From: a virus
Taxonomy: Duplodnaviria > Caudoviricetes
DNA: 38,507 bases
Direction: 5' to 3' (one strand)
Virus record (IMG/VR): IMGVR_UViG_3300044674_004301
Location: 1-38,507 of that record
The notes beneath the pieces are model-generated. The model was not told the DNA's origin and made no database searches. It was given only the letters and a program-made list of their open reading frames with translations. Both the position numbers and the translations under genes were made by a program. Below are positions 36,301 through 38,507 of the stretch, piece by piece (the first letter of the stretch is position 1; each line of letters begins with the position of its first letter).

Positions 36301-37363
36301 ATCTATACATGGTGGCAGTGGACTCTACTCCGCCGCCGGCTGTGGCTTTCAAGTTAACACTTGAACCACTTATGTCTGCAGAGAATGTGGCAGGATACTG
36401 ATTGGCATTGGTAGAAGTCTTGCCGTAATCATTGATGTACACTGTTGATCCATCATGTACAAGGCTCAATTCGGAAAGTTGATAATCTTCGTTTGTTCCG
36501 TTTTTGATCAGAATGTAATATTTGGCTGATCTAATATCTGTGGCAGTGAATTGATCTATTGTGGTAGCACTAGACAGTATCGATGTACTGCTGACTATGA
36601 TTTTACTGTTGGTGTTGGCCACAGTTGTGTGATGATCACCCAATGCGATCCTGTAAAATTTTAGATTTACATGTGAACTCTGAGCGTTGGCTGATGCCAA
36701 CAATCTAACCTTGGTTCCACTTATGCTGGTTGTGAATGTGACCAGGTTGGTGCTGTCTTCGTTGGTCCTGTACTGACTGATGAATGATGTGGTGCTGTTG
36801 TGTACCACATTCACTGTGGTCGTACCTATCAGACTGTTTGTTATGTCATTGATTCCGACATGATATACCGCTCCTCTGTATTCATTGATGTCGAATTCGT
36901 CCACAACTGTCTGGGTTGTCGTCAGTTTGTTGAACGAGAACTGTGTTACGGCAGTGTTGTTTCCACCACCACCACCAGAACTCTCAGCGAAGGTTAAGTT
37001 GCCCGAGCCGTCGGTTTGTATGACCTGACCATTTGATCCGTCTGTTGTGGGAAAATTGATTCCTGAAATTTTTACTGTGCCAGACCCATTGGCTGACAGT
37101 TCCAGGTCTGAATTGGATGCGTTTGTTGATATTGTGTTGTCGGTTATTGTGACACCGTCTAGTGTCGATGATCCTGTCACGCTCAAGGCAGTTGTGAGAG
37201 TTGTGCCATTTACGTGCAACTGTTGTGTGGGTTCCGAGATACCTATACCTATCCTGCTGTTAGTGACATCGAGGTACAATAGGTTTGTTTCAAATGCAAG
37301 GTCCGTGCCGTTACGAGTCAAATTTGACTTCAACACCGACCCAGATATACGACCAATGGCCAT
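33332..37363 (-). CDS. large Ser/Thr-rich virion fibre/baseplate-associated protein with nine ~90-100 aa repeats
   Basis: N-terminal fibre-like motifs (RIGIG..P...LHVNG, DGSNGQVIQTDGSGNL); repeats D.F....(R/D)(S/G)A.Y...(V/L)HDG; LPNGTTAQRP spacer. Confidence 0.8.
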   Translation of the reverse strand: MAIGRISGSVLKSNLTRNGTDLAFETNLLYLDVTNSRIGIGISEPTQQLHVNGTTLTTALSVTGSSTLDGVTITDNTISTNASNSDLELSANGSGTVKISGINFPTTDGSNGQVIQTDGSGNLTFAESSGGGGGNNTAVTQFSFNKLTTTQTVVDEFDINEYRGAVYHVGINDITNSLIGTTTVNVVHNSTTSFISQYRTNEDSTNLVTFTTSISGTKVRLLASANAQSSHVNLKFYRIALGDHHTTVANTNSKIIVSSTSILSSATTIDQFTATDIRSAKYYILIKNGTNEDYQLSELSLVHDGSTVYINDYGKTSTNANQYPATFSADISGSSVNLKATAGGGVESTATMYRLDLGSTTKLGEYDNAVYGKVTDREIRTVEINSDTTFGTSVGIGTTSKVIDQFTKTDYDSAYYFAVTKNLTDDELGTAQISLVHDGTTAFVSSGGVVNTGASSDQLTYNASLSGSTVSLNATGTTASNSVSFYRINLGDNTAASSGAPTSKIINLDVDSAVENLDTWSASVYRGARYFISCSSDNGELSNIEAMVVHNGSDAFISSFNENFTGNNSLITLSADVSGGNVRLRASCNTNTVVKMYRIILGDSETATTGTYNNLLDSVTVSSGATAIDTIDTSNYVGAHYVVVGNNSSEGASSISDVYVVTDGSDAYVGSSSVSTKGTDQLTFTASLSNGTITLNAQSTSGSSTTVNAYRTHLDVPTGGDGVVTLDKFSTYAIRSATYFISIEGDSEYQNSEITLTNDGSDSYITEQVVRSGSSDLVTFTADVSSGEARLIMSGNTGNNTVRFARMYVEEPLMYRATNDSSNNLYANASNFTLSDSLASFAGATGALTLPNGTTAQRPTGANGMLRYNTSLSRYEKWDGSEFVDILATTTAAADTDNTSSPTPETGLGTAQSVIDQFSTSSFDSAYYYAVTRDEINNDVATERYTLVHNDSQAFVSSSNGVQSGSADHMSVDADISGGNVRLLATGASVVNSVSLFRIGLGDSTTASSSGNTATILNTDVDSAVENLDTWSATTYRGAKYFISVSAANGELSNLEAVVVTDGSDAYISIYNEIFTGNDSLLTLSADVSSGSVRLRASGNTPNCNVKMYRILLGDSETTATGDTIKTVGASSVSSSATSIDTFSTESVTGAQYVVVGYNSAEGAASISEVHVVTDGSDAYVSSGPIVSSKDSDQLTFTASLSGTTVTVSAASTSGGSTTVNAWRVSLLRTESGASTSEQVLITPEQTITGAKTFDSPIALTVGSDPATVADKAHIYAKDEAASAEVYVRDEAGNVTKISPHNAQGEWEYYSKNTRTGKTVRVNMEEMIRDIEKLTGKTYIKDE

Positions 37364-37445
37364 ATCGATAGGTCTCCCGTTATAAATTTATGTCACGAAG
37401 CAAACGCTTCGAGAGCCCTTTACATAGTGGGCCAAACTGTATGTG

Positions 37446-37451
37446 TATTTA
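37446..37451 (-). promoter_or_regulatory. late-promoter motif TAAATA for the 1343-aa gene
   Basis: Lies just after the upstream terminator, about 80 nt before the ATG. Confidence 0.55.
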
Positions 37452-37462
37452 GTGTATAAATG

Positions 37463-37490
37463 AAAAGGGCGACACAATGGCCGCCCTTTT
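37463..37490 (-). terminator. rho-independent terminator
   Basis: AAAAGGGCG...CGCCCTTTT stem downstream of the 37514 stop. Confidence 0.8.
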
Positions 37491-37513
37491 ACTAGGAAGA
37501 GTATTTTTACTTA

Positions 37514-38507
37514 TTAGTTGTTGGTTCTAACCACACAATTTACCATTCCGATACCTTCGTCGGCTTTGCTTTCTAGTGCTCTGCCAATCACATGGAATGG
37601 GTTGATGTCTTCTGATTCAGACACTGCTCTGGCAGTTCCTTTGATAGAAGAACTAACTAATCTGTCGCCTTTGGCCACAGCACCTGTAACCCTAACTGGT
37701 GTTCTACCAGTCATCGCCACAAATGGGTGTGAATCGTTGTTACCAGCGCCTGCGTTCATGGCATATGCTGGTCTTGTTGATATAACACCAAACACTTTTG
37801 AAGACTTGTCTTCTGCTGTTTCAGTGATCTCTTGTGATCCGCCCAACATCACAACGGCACCTTCCGCCATTGGTTCATCAGCCGCAAATCTTTCAGCAAC
37901 GTCGGCGTATTGGGCCGAAGTTGAAGTAGCGTGGATTACGTTGGCTCTTATGTCTACAAGAGCATCTGCACCCGGTCCTGATTCGTCGCCTCTTGGTTGT
38001 TTGAATGCTGTCCAGGCACCACCTGCGTTTCCATAGATAGTTGTACCGTCATCAGCAAATGATTCATCCCACGCCCAGTATAGAGCCTGTTCTGTTGCTG
38101 TAGATCCAGCACCTCTTGACACCACCATACCTGAAATAGTTGGCATGCCTGCGTTTGATGAAACGTTTCTGTTCACTTCAACTAGGTTGTCTTCTACTGA
38201 TAATGTAGTTGTGTTAACGATTGTCTCTGTTCCGTCAACAGTCAAGTTTCCGTGTACCCTAACACCCGCATCGGTGATGGTCATCTCTGTGTTTCCATCG
38301 ACTGTGGCAGTTATAGTTCCTACACCTGAATCGGCAACTGTTATGTCTGTGTTGCCATCTGTGATTGCTGTGTTTGATAGCGCCGAAATTGAATCGTCGA
38401 CATATTTTTTTGTGGCCACGTCACCATCTGCACTTGGTGCCGATGTTGATAGACCGGTGATCTTGTTGGTTGATGCACTTAATACTACATCACCTACCGA
38501 AAGACCA
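37514..38507 (-). CDS. tail fibre/structural protein, C-terminal part, with a peptidase G2-like intramolecular chaperone domain (5' truncated)
   Basis: Frame is open to the window end. Contains DVATKKYVD, VHGNLTVDG, and the SAQYADVAERF...VFGVISTRPAYAMN...GRTPVRV C-terminal domain. Confidence 0.8.
   Translation of the reverse strand, partial: GLSVGDVVLSASTNKITGLSTSAPSADGDVATKKYVDDSISALSNTAITDGNTDITVADSGVGTITATVDGNTEMTITDAGVRVHGNLTVDGTETIVNTTTLSVEDNLVEVNRNVSSNAGMPTISGMVVSRGAGSTATEQALYWAWDESFADDGTTIYGNAGGAWTAFKQPRGDESGPGADALVDIRANVIHATSTSAQYADVAERFAADEPMAEGAVVMLGGSQEITETAEDKSSKVFGVISTRPAYAMNAGAGNNDSHPFVAMTGRTPVRVTGAVAKGDRLVSSSIKGTARAVSESEDINPFHVIGRALESKADEGIGMVNCVVRTNN

Noticed and set aside
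1665-38036. Numerous 60-170 aa ORFs antisense or out of frame within larger genes (e.g. 2232-2618, 9746-10261, 21909-22307, 37518-38036)
   Set aside because: They lie within or largely overlap genes with clear family motifs, and have no motifs or expression signals of their own.
33332-38507. Diversity-generating retroelement target in the fibre genes
   Set aside because: No reverse transcriptase in the window, and the repeat copies differ at synonymous positions generally rather than only at adenines.
1-38507. CRISPR array, tRNA/rRNA, integrase or transposase, or a reassigned stop codon
   Set aside because: No spaced direct repeats or cloverleaf seen by eye, and intergenic gaps are very short. 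The TnsA-like ORF is gp4. Genes are intact under the standard code, with all three stops used.

Overview
This is a fragment of a large, AT-rich myovirus genome with distantly T4-related core genes. It uses the standard code and has tight ATGA/TAATG gene overlaps. From left to right: a partial ORF and a SprT-like protease; an ~8.7 kb glycan-synthesis cluster (four KpsS/KpsC-like GT-B paralogues, three GT-A enzymes, a GT61, a DUF115/GT29-like protein and an SGNH protein); a HAD nucleotidase; the uvsY-uvsX-gp32 recombination module; putative head-internal proteins with large and small terminase and gp4; the tail tube and an enlarged sheath; HNH and dNMP kinase; neck/tail-terminator genes gp13/14/15; Nudix, thermonuclease and a B12 radical SAM enzyme; and two fibre/baseplate-type proteins. 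Four things stand out. (1) A hidden 53-codon frame behind an A9 run at the end of a head-type gene suggests a programmed frameshift or transcriptional slippage. (2) Both TAAATA late motifs and sigma70-like promoters often end 5-8 nt before the ATG, implying mostly leaderless mRNAs, while Shine-Dalgarno leaders are kept for high-copy genes. (3) The paralogue-rich glycosylation cluster may glycosylate the Ser/Thr-rich virion proteins. (4) T4-like capsid-targeting and prohead-protease signals appear in unannotated ORFs. All family calls come from motif recognition by eye; no database search was run.
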